Shown here: positions 1-8,017 of the stretch, one piece after another
Numbering within the stretch: position 1 is the first letter of the stretch
Layout: every line of letters begins with the position of its first letter
NCBI GenBank assembly: GCA_027925225.1
Contig: AP027131.1
Span: forward strand, 270,001 to 302,000
From: Candidatus Saccharimonadota bacterium
GTDB lineage: Bacteria > Bacillota_I > Bacilli_A > Mycoplasmatales > Hepatoplasmataceae
DNA length: 32,000 nt
Reading direction: 5' to 3'
The notes under the pieces: model-generated
Told to the model about the DNA's origin: nothing
Database searches by the model: none
Seen by the model: the letters and a program-made list of their open reading frames with translations, nothing else
Position numbers and translations under genes: made by a program

Positions 1-1305
1 CAGAAAAAGGAAATTGATATTAAAGATATTAAGGGAATTGGAATTACAAATCAAAGAGAAACAGTTTTAATTTGAGATAAAAAAACTGGAATTCCTGTTT
101 ATCATGCAATTGTTTGACAAGATAAAAGAACTGCAGATTATTGTGAAAAATTATCTAAAGATGAAAAAATATTAAAAATGGTTAAAGAAAAAACAGGCTT
201 AGTTTTAGATCCCTATTTTTCAGGAACCAAAATTAAATGACTTTTAGATAATGTAAAAGGTTTAAGAGAAAGAGCAAGAAGAGGTGAAGTTTTTGCTGGG
301 ACAATTGATACTTGATTAGTTTGAAAATTAACAAAGGGAAATTCTTTTTATACTGATTATACAAATGCTTCAAGAACTTTACTTTTTAATATTATTGATT
401 TAAAGTGAGATGATGAATTATTAAAACTTTTTGATATTCCAAAGGAAATTTTACCTGAAGTAAAAAATTCTGCTGATAATTATGGAATAACAGAAGTTGA
501 TGCATTTAAAGGAATTCCAATTTTATCAGTAATTGGAGATCAACAATCTTCACTTTTTGGACACAGGTCAAAAATAGGAGAAATGAAAGCAACTTATGGA
601 ACTGGGGCTTTCTTGATGTTAAATACTGGAGAAAAAGTTGTTTATTCAAAGAGTGGACTACTTACAACAATAGCATTAGGTTTAAATGGGAAAATTACAT
701 ATGCATTAGAAGGATCGATTTATATAGCCGGGAATGCTTTAAAATGAATTAAAGATGAACTTCATCTTATTCAAGAATATGAACAAATTGATTATTATTT
801 AAAAGATGAATTTGATACAAAAGGAGTAAGTGTTGTTCCTTACTTTGTTGGAGTTGGATCTCCATATTGGAATACAAAAGCAAGAGGTATTATTACTGGT
901 ATTACAAGAGGAGTGAACAGAGGAGATATTATTAGAGCCACTGCTGTTTCTATACCTTTACAAACTTATGATATTTTTAGAGCTTTTGAAAAAGATTATA
1001 ATAAAAAAATATTAAAAATGTCAATAGATGGAGGAGTATCTAATTCAATCAATTTAATGCAATTACAAGCAAATATTTTAAATGTAAAATTATATAATCC
1101 AAAATCTAGTGAAACTACAGCATTGGGTGCTGCATTTCTTGCTGGTCTTAAAGCTAAAATTTGAGATAATCAAGCACATTTGGATAAAATAATTACTTAT
1201 GAAAAAATATATGAACCAAAATTTGATGAAAAATTAAATGAAAAAATTATTGAAAATTGAAATTCTTCAGTTGAATTAGCACTAAAATGAAATAAAAATA
1301 ATTAA
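1..1305 (+). CDS. glpK: glycerol kinase (5' end outside window)
   Basis: Frame 1 is open from the window edge. The translation [48 protein letters not shown]... is a typical FGGY glycerol kinase. Ten in-frame TGA codons read as Trp, including the conserved IVWQD. The track fragment 913-1164 lies in the same frame. The gene ends at TAA 1303-1305. Confidence 0.95.
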
Positions 1306-1316
1306 AGGATTACTAT

Positions 1317-2447
1317 ATGAATAATAAAAATAATGCAAAAATATATGACATTTTAATAATAGGTGGAGGAATTATAGGAATAAGTATTGCTAAAGAATTC
1401 ATCGATAATAAAAAAAGTGTTTTTTTAGTTGAAAAAGACCCCAAAATATTACAAGAAACTTCTTCTCATAACAGTGGAGTAATTCATGGTGGTTTTGATG
1501 CGACTCCTGGAACATTAAAAGCAAAATTTAATGTTGAAGGCCGCCATCTTTATGAAAAATTATATTTTAAAAAAGAAACATCTTTTTTATGACAAAATTC
1601 TGATTCTTATATTTTGGCTTTTGATAAAGAAGAAGAAGAGGAATTAGAAAAACTTTATAATCAAGGAATTAAAAATGGCCTTAAAGCAAAAGAAATGGCA
1701 ATAATTTCTAGAGAAGATATTTTTAAAGTTAATCCTTATATAAATAAAGATGTTAAAAAAGCATTAGTTTGTTATACATCAAAATCAATTAATCCTCAAG
1801 AATTTGGGAATTTTTTATTTCTAAAAGCAAAAGAAAAAGGATTAGAATATAGTTTAAATTTTAAAGTTAATGAAATTTTTAAAAAAAATGATTATTGAAT
1901 TGTTAAATCTGAAGATGGAACAAAAATTAAAGCAAAATTCATTGTAAATGCTTCTGGAGTTTGAGCGGAAGAAATTGCGAAACTTGTTGAAAAAAATCCA
2001 AAATTTAAAATTAAAACAAGAAGAGGACAATATTTAATTATTGATAAAACGCAGAGAAAATATACAACTAATGATATTTTCTTTCTTACTCCAACAAGAC
2101 ATGGAAAAGGAGTAATTGTTGCTCCGCTTTTTGATGGAAGAGTTTTAGTTGGTCCAACAGCAGAAGATAATGTTCCAAAAGATGATATTCAGATTGTAAG
2201 TGAAAGGGTGCTTAAATCTATAAAAAAAATTGGTCGTAAAATTAATTGAAAAATTAATTTTGATCGAATAGAAACAGTGGCTGCTGGTTCTCGCGCAATA
2301 AATGAACTTACAAATGATTTTTATATTGATAAAAGCGAAGAAGTAGATAATTTCTTTCATGTTGCTGGAATTCAATCTCCTGGTTTATCAAGTGCACCAG
2401 CAATTGCAATATATGTTTATAAAAAATATTTAGAATTTAAAAAATAG
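1317..2447 (+). CDS. glpO: FAD-dependent glycerol-3-phosphate oxidase/dehydrogenase
   Basis: Track pieces 1317-1592 and 1614-1898 plus the untracked 3' part form one frame joined only by TGA. The N-terminus YDILIIGGGIIGISIAKE is a GxGxxG FAD-binding fold. The gene sits directly after glpK, as in Mollicutes glycerol operons. It ends at TAG 2445-2447 (376 aa). Confidence 0.85.
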
Positions 2448-2464
2448 TAATTATATTAAGAAAA

Positions 2465-2500
2465 TAAAAAACATAGAAATTTAAATTTCTATGTTTTTTA
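2465..2500. terminator. bidirectional intrinsic terminator between convergent glpO and the 150-aa ORF
   Basis: A perfect 10-bp stem, acatagaaat (2471-2480) / atttctatgt (2485-2494), with loop ttaa. It is flanked by an A-run 5' and a T-run 3', so it looks like a terminator on both strands. Confidence 0.6.
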
Positions 2501-2523
2501 TTTTGATATATTCTAAAACTTAT

Positions 2524-2976
2524 TTAATAATTTTTTTCTTTTTTATTTAAAAAAGATATATAAGAATTTAAATTTTGTTCTCCAACGAGTTCTAAAGTTA
2601 AAGAGTGTATTAATTCATTTTTTTTCTTTTTTGGGAAAAACGAATTTTCAATTTTTATTTCACCTTTTTCATTTTTTCCTATGCTTTTTATTAATTCGTT
2701 TTTACTAAATATATACAAATCACTAAGATTAATAACAGCATCCTTTTTATCAAATGTTTTTATAAAAAAAAGATTTTTTGCATTATTTTGATAATTATTA
2801 TTTTTCTTTGTAAACATTCTTGCAAAAAGATATCTATCATTAGATAACTTTTTTAAATATAAAAAAGGTCTTTTATTTTTATCTTCAATTCCTAGATAAT
2901 TTATATTTGTTTCACTTTCTTTTATAAAAACAAATGAGAACCTTTTTATAGATAAAATTTTTTTTTCGTTTTTCAT
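2524..2976 (-). CDS. hypothetical 150-aa protein, ToxN/AbiQ-like (putative type III toxin endoribonuclease)
   Basis: Intact ATG..TAA ORF with no TGA. Three ordered motifs resemble ToxN/AbiQ as I recall the family: INYLGIEDK (cf. IEYLKEFDDK), KRPFLYLKKLSNDRYLFARMFTKK (cf. PKAFIGIVLEIQGHKYLAPLTSPKK) and AVINLSDLYIF (cf. GLINLKFMIPI). An RNA hairpin region plus a terminator lies immediately upstream. The functional call rests on memory-based motif comparison, not a search. Confidence 0.45.
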   Translation of the reverse strand: MKNEKKILSIKRFSFVFIKESETNINYLGIEDKNKRPFLYLKKLSNDRYLFARMFTKKNNNYQNNAKNLFFIKTFDKKDAVINLSDLYIFSKNELIKSIGKNEKGEIKIENSFFPKKKKNELIHSLTLELVGEQNLNSYISFLNKKEKNY

Positions 2977-3000
2977 TGTATTTAATTTAATTATTTTATA

Positions 3001-3026
3001 AAACTAAAGTGAGTGCCCACTCACCA
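3001..3026 (-). terminator. intrinsic terminator downstream of sepF and 24 nt upstream of the ToxN-like ORF
   Basis: On the minus strand, GTGAGTG-GG-CACTCAC (3024..3009) forms a GC-rich stem. It is followed by TTTAGTTTTAT (3008..2998). The U-tract follows the stem only on the minus strand. Confidence 0.5.
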
Positions 3027-3106
3027 GATCTATCGATTTTACACTAATGGGCTTTTTAGCAACAATCAATAATCCATCAGAAAGGAGGTTAATAATGAAA
3101 ACCTCA
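3001..3106 (-). ncRNA. candidate structured small RNA or leader (putative antitoxin RNA) upstream of the ToxN-like ORF
   Basis: This is the most GC-rich non-coding stretch in the window. A minus-strand TATAAT sits at 3117..3112. Three hairpins follow: 3085-3090/3100-3105; 3044-3050/3074-3080; and the terminator stem 3009-3015/3018-3024. In the second hairpin, the A3046/C3078 mismatch on the plus strand becomes a G-U pair on the minus strand. The transcript ends are predicted, not observed. Confidence 0.3.
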
Positions 3107-3167
3107 CCAACATTATATATTTTAAATAAAAAAATTCTCATTTATAGAGAATTTTATTTAAAAAATT

Positions 3168-3455
3168 TTAATAAAGATCATTTGCGAATTTATCTAATAA
3201 TTCAACAGATGGTGAAAGAAGATAAGTTTTAGAAGAGACTTTTTTATGTTTTCCATTCATTGCATAAAGCACACCCGAAACGAAATCTACTATTCTTAAA
3301 ATTTCATTTTCACTTACATTTTCAAAATCAACAATTAAAACATTTCCTTTTCTAAGCTCGGCAGCCATTTCTTTTGCATCTATAAAAGATTTTGGTTGAA
3401 ATTTTAATAATTCTGAGTTTTTTATTTGTTTTTTATTTTTTTTATTAAATGCCAT
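3168..3455 (-). CDS. sepF: cell division protein SepF (short form)
   Basis: 95 aa. The sequence FQPKSFIDAKEMAAELRKGNVLIVDFENVSENEILRIVDFVSGVLYAMNGKHKKVSSKTYLLSP matches the SepF/DUF552 core pattern. The gene lies directly downstream of ftsZ, with the SD TAGGAGGA overlapping the ftsZ stop. Confidence 0.85.
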   Translation of the reverse strand: MAFNKKNKKQIKNSELLKFQPKSFIDAKEMAAELRKGNVLIVDFENVSENEILRIVDFVSGVLYAMNGKHKKVSSKTYLLSPSVELLDKFANDLY

Positions 3456-3463
3456 GATTCCTC

Positions 3464-4645
3464 CTAATTTTCTAGTAGTGATAATCCTGAAAAGATATCA
3501 TCATCCTTCTCTTTTTTAACTTCATTTTGTTTTTTATTTCTTAAATTCATTTCTTGAGTTACATGTTGTTTAAATGATTCAAGATCAATTTCTTCATAAT
3601 CATCTTTTCTATTTGCGCTTTTTTCTGCTGGTATTCCTTCAAATTCTTTTATTTGAGTAAGGCCAGTTGCAATTACAGAAACAACAATTTCATCACCCAT
3701 TTCTTCATTTATAGTAACTCCGAATATTACATCAACAGTTGAGTTTGCTGCTTCTTTTATAGTTTGAACGGCCTCTTGCGCTTGTTTTAAAGTAAGTGTT
3801 GCTGGTGAGCCAAGAACATTCACAATTGCATTTTTAGCTCCTTCAATTGAAGATTCTAAAATTGGAGATTGAATTGCTTGAATTGCTGCCTCAACGGCTG
3901 CATCTTCCCCTGATGCTTTACCTGTTCCAATTAATGCTAATCCTTGATTTTGAATTACAGCTTTTACATCTGCAAAATCTAGATTAATTAAAGAATGTTT
4001 ATTTATTAAATCTGCTATTGTACGAACGGCATTTTTTAAAGTTGCATCTGAAAAACGAAAAGAATCAGTAATTGAAAAAGAACCAAGTTCAGCAAGTAAT
4101 CTATTATTTGAAACTACAATAATTGAATCTACATGGTCTTTTAATTCTGTCATTCCTTGTTTTGCATTTTTTCCTCTTGTTATTCCTTCGAAATCAAAAG
4201 GTGTAGTTATAATACCAACAACAAGTGCTCCTGCTTCTTTTGCAATTTTTGCAATTATAGGAGCGGCACCAGTTCCTGTTCCACCACCCATTCCTGCTGC
4301 AACAAATACAAGATCAGTATTTTTTACTAATTCTTTAATATCGTTTGCTGATTCTTCTGCTGCTTTTTTTCCAATCTCTGGATTTGCACCAGCACCAAGT
4401 CCTTTTGTTAAACTTTCTCCTAAAATAATTCTATTTTCTGGAGGTAATTTAGAATCATTTAATGCTTGTACATCAGTATTTGCAACATAAAATTCAAGTC
4501 CTGTGATTTTGTCTTCTAACATTTTATTTACAGCATTAGAACCTCCGCCACCTACTCCAAATACCTTTATTTTTGCTCCTTTTTTTTCTTCTTTATAAAA
4601 ATCAAGAGTGTCAAAATTTTTGTTTGTTTCCATTTTTTTCTCCAT
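3464..4645 (-). CDS. ftsZ: cell division GTPase FtsZ
   Basis: 393 aa with IKVFGVGGGGSNAVNKM and the tubulin signature AAGMGGGTGTGAAP. Confidence 0.97.
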   Translation of the reverse strand: MEKKMETNKNFDTLDFYKEEKKGAKIKVFGVGGGGSNAVNKMLEDKITGLEFYVANTDVQALNDSKLPPENRIILGESLTKGLGAGANPEIGKKAAEESANDIKELVKNTDLVFVAAGMGGGTGTGAAPIIAKIAKEAGALVVGIITTPFDFEGITRGKNAKQGMTELKDHVDSIIVVSNNRLLAELGSFSITDSFRFSDATLKNAVRTIADLINKHSLINLDFADVKAVIQNQGLALIGTGKASGEDAAVEAAIQAIQSPILESSIEGAKNAIVNVLGSPATLTLKQAQEAVQTIKEAANSTVDVIFGVTINEEMGDEIVVSVIATGLTQIKEFEGIPAEKSANRKDDYEEIDLESFKQHVTQEMNLRNKKQNEVKKEKDDDIFSGLSLLEN

Positions 4646-4652
4646 CCTCAGG

Positions 4653-5852
4653 TTATATGTAATTGTAATATTTTCTTAATTTATCTTTTAACATTAATAT
4701 AATATTTTTTCTTTTTAAAAAAGAATTATCTAATTTAAAATCTTGATTTTGCTTAATATTTATTTTCATAATATTATTATTAATATTTTTTTCAATTTCA
4801 TAAATTGAACCCATTGCAATTATTTCTGTAGTTGAATTTATTCCAACAAGATTTGATTTGTAAATTGAAACATTTTTAATATTTAATCTGTTTTTTGCAT
4901 AATCTTCAAAACCATTTAACCTTGTTATTTGGCCAGAAAATACAATTTCATAATCATTAATGTTTGTCTCTCTTACTTTGTTTATTATATCCTTTAAAAT
5001 ATCATTTACAGCAAATGTAATTATCTTTGAAAGATCTTTTTTAGAAAAAATAATCTTTTCTCCTATAAGATTTCTGCCATTAAAAATTATTCTATTATCT
5101 TTTATTATTTCAGGTGGAATATTTCCAAATGTAAAAAATAAATATCTTGCATAATCAATTGTAAGTTTGTACTGATTTGCTATTTTTCTATAAATAAAAT
5201 TTAATCCTTGGTTTCTTTTTAAAAATGAAGCTAATTTTTCTTCTCTTAAATAATAGAAAGAAGTAAATTTATCTTCTACTTGTATATTAATTATTTTTTT
5301 GGATTTATTCATATAAGGTTTAAGGGCCTCAAAAATTGCATCTTTAGATGAAATTATTTTTGTTATTCTAATATCAAAAGTTTCAAGATATTTTTTTATA
5401 TCTTCAACAATTTTTTTATTCACATATTCATAAGAAATTTTTAATTTTTTGTGAAGTGGAGTTTCTGTTTTTTCTTCAAGTTTATAATTTATGAGTAAAA
5501 GTTTTCCATCATTATTTAATTCTCCATTTATTATGTTAAAGAAAGTTTCAGTTGTTTTTTCAGTTGTTTTAATATCATAATTTTTTACTTCAATTAATGT
5601 ACCAAAAGTGTTTATTGTTAAAAAAATATCATTAATTTTATTAATAGCAATAATTTTATTTACATCTTGTTTCATTTTTGGAATTCATGATAAATCAAAA
5701 CTTGCAAGATTGTCTTTGTCTATTTCTCTTGTATTATCTGATTCATATTCATATTCTTTAGAAAGTAAAACATGTCAACCATTTGATGTTTTCTTAAAAA
5801 GAATGACCAATGCATTTGTATCCTTGATTTCTATTAATAAAATTTTATTCAT
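4653..5852 (-). CDS. ftsA: divergent cell division protein FtsA
   Basis: The track ORF 4653-5675 extends upstream across two in-frame TGA codons to ATG 5852 (MNKILLIEIKDTNALVILFKKTSNGWHVLL...), giving 399 aa. I checked the extension codon by codon and found no TAA/TAG. The call rests on position between rsmH and ftsZ, size, and an actin-fold-like N-terminus; the sequence is divergent. Confidence 0.75.
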
Positions 5853-6747
5853 AATATTTTTTTATACTCCTTAGTTTTGCTGATCGTGCTTGTTTGTTTT
5901 TTTCTATTTCTTCTTTTGTTGGCCGAATAGATTTTGATGTTTTAAATTTAGACTTAATTTCAAAAGGTGTTATTTCTTGAATTTTTTTTGCTTCTCCAAA
6001 TATCTTTTTTATTGTTCTATCTTCTAATGAATGAAAACTAATTACAATAATGATTCCGCCTTTTTTTAAAACATCTAGACTTTGATTTAAAGCAGATTTT
6101 AGATTTGAAATTTCATCATTTGTTTCAATTCTTAAAGCCTGGAAAATATTTTTAGAAGGATGTTTTCTCTTATCGTATCCTTTGGTTTTTTTTATAATTT
6201 CATTCAAGGTTGTGTTTGTTAATATCTTTTCTTTTTCTCTTGCTTCTATAATAATTTTTGCTAAATAAGAAGCTCTTTTTTCATCTCCATATTCTTTAAA
6301 AATTTTTGTAAGAGAATTAAGATCATATTCATTTAAAATTTTTATTGCATCTTTTTCTTGTTTTTGATTCATTCTCATATCAAGTAAAATATTTTCTCCA
6401 TGATATGAGAATCCTCTATCTTCTGTTGTTAATTGATAATATGATGTACCTAAATCAAATAAAATTCCATCAACTTTTTCAATTTTTAATTCTTTTAATG
6501 TTTCTTCTATTTTATTAAAATTCTTATTTATAAAAGTTATGTTTGTAAATTTTTTAAGTCTTTTTTTTGCAAATTCAAGTGCTTTTTCATCTTGATCAAA
6601 AGCAATTATTTTTATTGTTTTATTTTTTTTTAAAATTGCTTCACTATGTCCACCAAGTCCAAGAGTTGCATCAATATAAATTCCATTATCTTTTATCTCT
6701 AATCTTTTAATAACTTCATTTATAAGAATTGAATTGTGGTAGAACAT
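5845..6747 (-). CDS. rsmH: 16S rRNA (cytosine1402-N4)-methyltransferase RsmH/MraW
   Basis: 300 aa with HNSILINEVI..YIDATLGLGGHSEAIL and ISFHSLEDR motifs. Its stop overlaps the ftsA start (ATGAATAA, 8-nt overlap). Confidence 0.95.
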   Translation of the reverse strand: MFYHNSILINEVIKRLEIKDNGIYIDATLGLGGHSEAILKKNKTIKIIAFDQDEKALEFAKKRLKKFTNITFINKNFNKIEETLKELKIEKVDGILFDLGTSYYQLTTEDRGFSYHGENILLDMRMNQKQEKDAIKILNEYDLNSLTKIFKEYGDEKRASYLAKIIIEAREKEKILTNTTLNEIIKKTKGYDKRKHPSKNIFQALRIETNDEISNLKSALNQSLDVLKKGGIIIVISFHSLEDRTIKKIFGEAKKIQEITPFEIKSKFKTSKSIRPTKEEIEKNKQARSAKLRSIKKYYE

Positions 6748-6750
6748 TTT

Positions 6751-7191
6751 TTAATCCTTATTTTTTTTATTTTCTGAAATTTTTTCTGCTGCTTCTTCGA
6801 TACTTATTTTATCTTCAGACATTAGTTCTTCTCAAGCTTCAGAAGCAATAATTTCTATTTTATTTCCTGTTCCAATTACTTGCACAGTTTTTTTCATTTT
6901 TGCTTGTTCTAATAAAGATTTAGGAATAAGAATTCTTCCTTTTAAATCTATTGTGATATACATTGAATTTCCAAGTATTTTTCTTTGTAATATACGAGCT
7001 TCTCTATTTAAGTAACTCATACTTAGTAGTAGTCCAGATCATTTTTCAAATTCGTTTTGTGGTCTGAGAACAAGGGTGTTTTCAAATTCTAAAGAAATTA
7101 CAATTTCTTTTTCAAGAAAAGTTCTGAAGGCTTTTGGTATCATAAGTCTTCCTTTTTCATCTACTGAAGTGTTGTAACTTCCAATATTTAA
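6751..7191 (-). CDS. mraZ: transcriptional regulator MraZ (non-ATG start; start uncertain)
   Basis: The track fragment 6832-7020 extends in frame across TGA on both sides. The N-terminus ..LNIGSYNTSVDEKGRLMIPKAFR and the second repeat ITIDLKGRILIPKSLL form the two MraZ/SpoVT-AbrB repeats. There is no in-frame ATG. The candidate starts are TTA 7191 (giving MNIGSY, the canonical MraZ N-terminus), ATT 7185 and GTG 7212. The gene ends at TAA 6751-6753. Confidence 0.85.
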
Positions 7192-7193
7192 TT

Positions 7194-7227
7194 TTTTCCC
7201 ACTTTTTCCCACTACACAATTATTATA
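7194..7227 (-). promoter_or_regulatory. dcw/mraZ promoter -10 box plus tandem MraZ-box repeats
   Basis: On the minus strand, TATAAT (7227..7222) is followed by ..GTGT.. and then two perfect tandem 10-nt repeats AGTGGGAAAA (7213..7204 and 7203..7194). Direct GTGGG repeats with 10-bp periodicity are the known MraZ operator architecture. Confidence 0.5.
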
Positions 7228-7271
7228 GTCATATTCTTTAAATTTATATTTTCAAAATAAGCTAAAATTAA

Positions 7272-7296
7272 AAAAACCTTATTTAAAAAGGTTTTT
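7272..7296 (-). terminator. weak A/T-rich hairpin between nusB and the mraZ promoter
   Basis: The stem aaaaacctt (7272-7280) / aaggttttt (7288-7296) has a 7-nt loop. Only two G-C pairs are present, so the call is weak. Confidence 0.3.
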
Positions 7297-7320
7297 TATT
7301 AATTATTTTTTTTACTAGAA

Positions 7321-7719
7321 TTATTTTAGTTTATCTAGAATTCCATTTATATATTTATAAGAATCAATATTACAATATTTTTTTGCAAAAATAACAGATT
7401 CATTAATAACTATTTGTTTTTTGTTTTTAAAAATAATTATTTCACAGGAACCATTAATTAAAACAGATTTTTCAAGATAATCAATTCTACTTCAATCTCA
7501 ATTTAAAGATTTTTCTTTTATTAGTTTTTCTATATAAGGAATATTATCGAAGATTTTCTCTATAGCATTTTGTTGCTCTAAAGTAAAATCATATTCTTCT
7601 AAATTTTGATGTAATTCTTTTTTTGCTTCTTCTATATCTAATTTTAATAAATAATATTTATAAATAAAGAAAATTCTATTTTCTCTATTTCTAAGATCAA
7701 ATTCATGTAAGTAATTCAT
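7321..7719 (-). CDS. nusB: transcription antitermination factor NusB
   Basis: The track ORF 7498-7719 continues across two TGA codons (..SLNWDWSRIDYLEKSVL..VINESVIFAKKY..SYKYINGILDKLK*). The W..R, INE-V..AK and (F/Y)(V/I)NG(V/I)LD pattern is NusB-like. 132 aa. Confidence 0.75.
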
Positions 7720-7901
7720 TATTTTTCTTTTATATCAATTACTTTTTTATTTTTATAATATCCACAATTTTGACAAACATTATGTGCTTTAAGAGAAGCT
7801 CCACAATTTGAACACAATGATGTGTTTGGAACATCAACTTTTTGATGAGTTTGTCTCTTTGCTTTTCTTGTTTTTGAAGTTCTTCTAAACGGTATTGCCA
7901 T
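7719..7901 (-). CDS. rpmF: 50S ribosomal protein L32
   Basis: MAIPFRRTSKTRKAKRQTH...CSNCG...CQNCGYY is the classic zinc-ribbon L32. A strong SD (AGAGGGGGA) lies upstream. The TAATG junction overlaps the nusB start. Confidence 0.95.
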   Translation of the reverse strand: MAIPFRRTSKTRKAKRQTHQKVDVPNTSLCSNCGASLKAHNVCQNCGYYKNKKVIDIKEK

Positions 7902-8017
7902 AAATCCCCCTCTTTTTATTTATAAAACCATTAAATACAATAAATATTGATAAAATAAAATTGTTATGTTTTTTATTAAAATAACTTTAATTATTATAAC
8001 AAAATAGTAATTCTATT

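Noticed and set aside
2145-2375. 76-aa minus-strand ORF in the track
   Set aside because: It lies entirely antisense within the well-supported glpO frame. The sequence is low-complexity (F/I/N-rich), has no SD, and is a typical shadow ORF of AT-rich coding DNA.
3026-3109. Tandem ToxI/antiQ-style repeats upstream of the ToxN-like ORF
   Set aside because: I looked for 30-45-nt tandem units between 2977 and 3167 and found none. The only repeat is the heptamer TGGTGAG at 3109..3103 and 3026..3020. The locus is therefore reported only as type III-like with an atypical RNA.
3001-3110. SRP (4.5S/scRNA) or another housekeeping RNA as the identity of the GC-rich element; the same was considered for 20760-20830
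   Set aside because: Neither strand contains the conserved SRP domain IV elements (GGAA tetraloop flanked by ..CAGG.. and ..AGCAGC..), and the 5' and 3' ends do not pair into a long hairpin. Both regions are too short for RNase P or tmRNA. They are left unclassified.
4960-5874. Plus-strand ORFs 4960-5154 and 5608-5874
   Set aside because: Both are antisense to ftsA and its code-4 N-terminal extension. The hydrophobic low-complexity translations are typical of the reverse strand of Lys/Asn-rich genes.
7210-7212. GTG 7212 as the mraZ start codon
   Set aside because: It would place both GTGGG operator repeats inside the coding sequence and add nine residues before the canonical MxIGxY N-terminus. 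It also lies only about 10 nt after the -10 box. It is kept as an alternative, but TTA 7191 is preferred.
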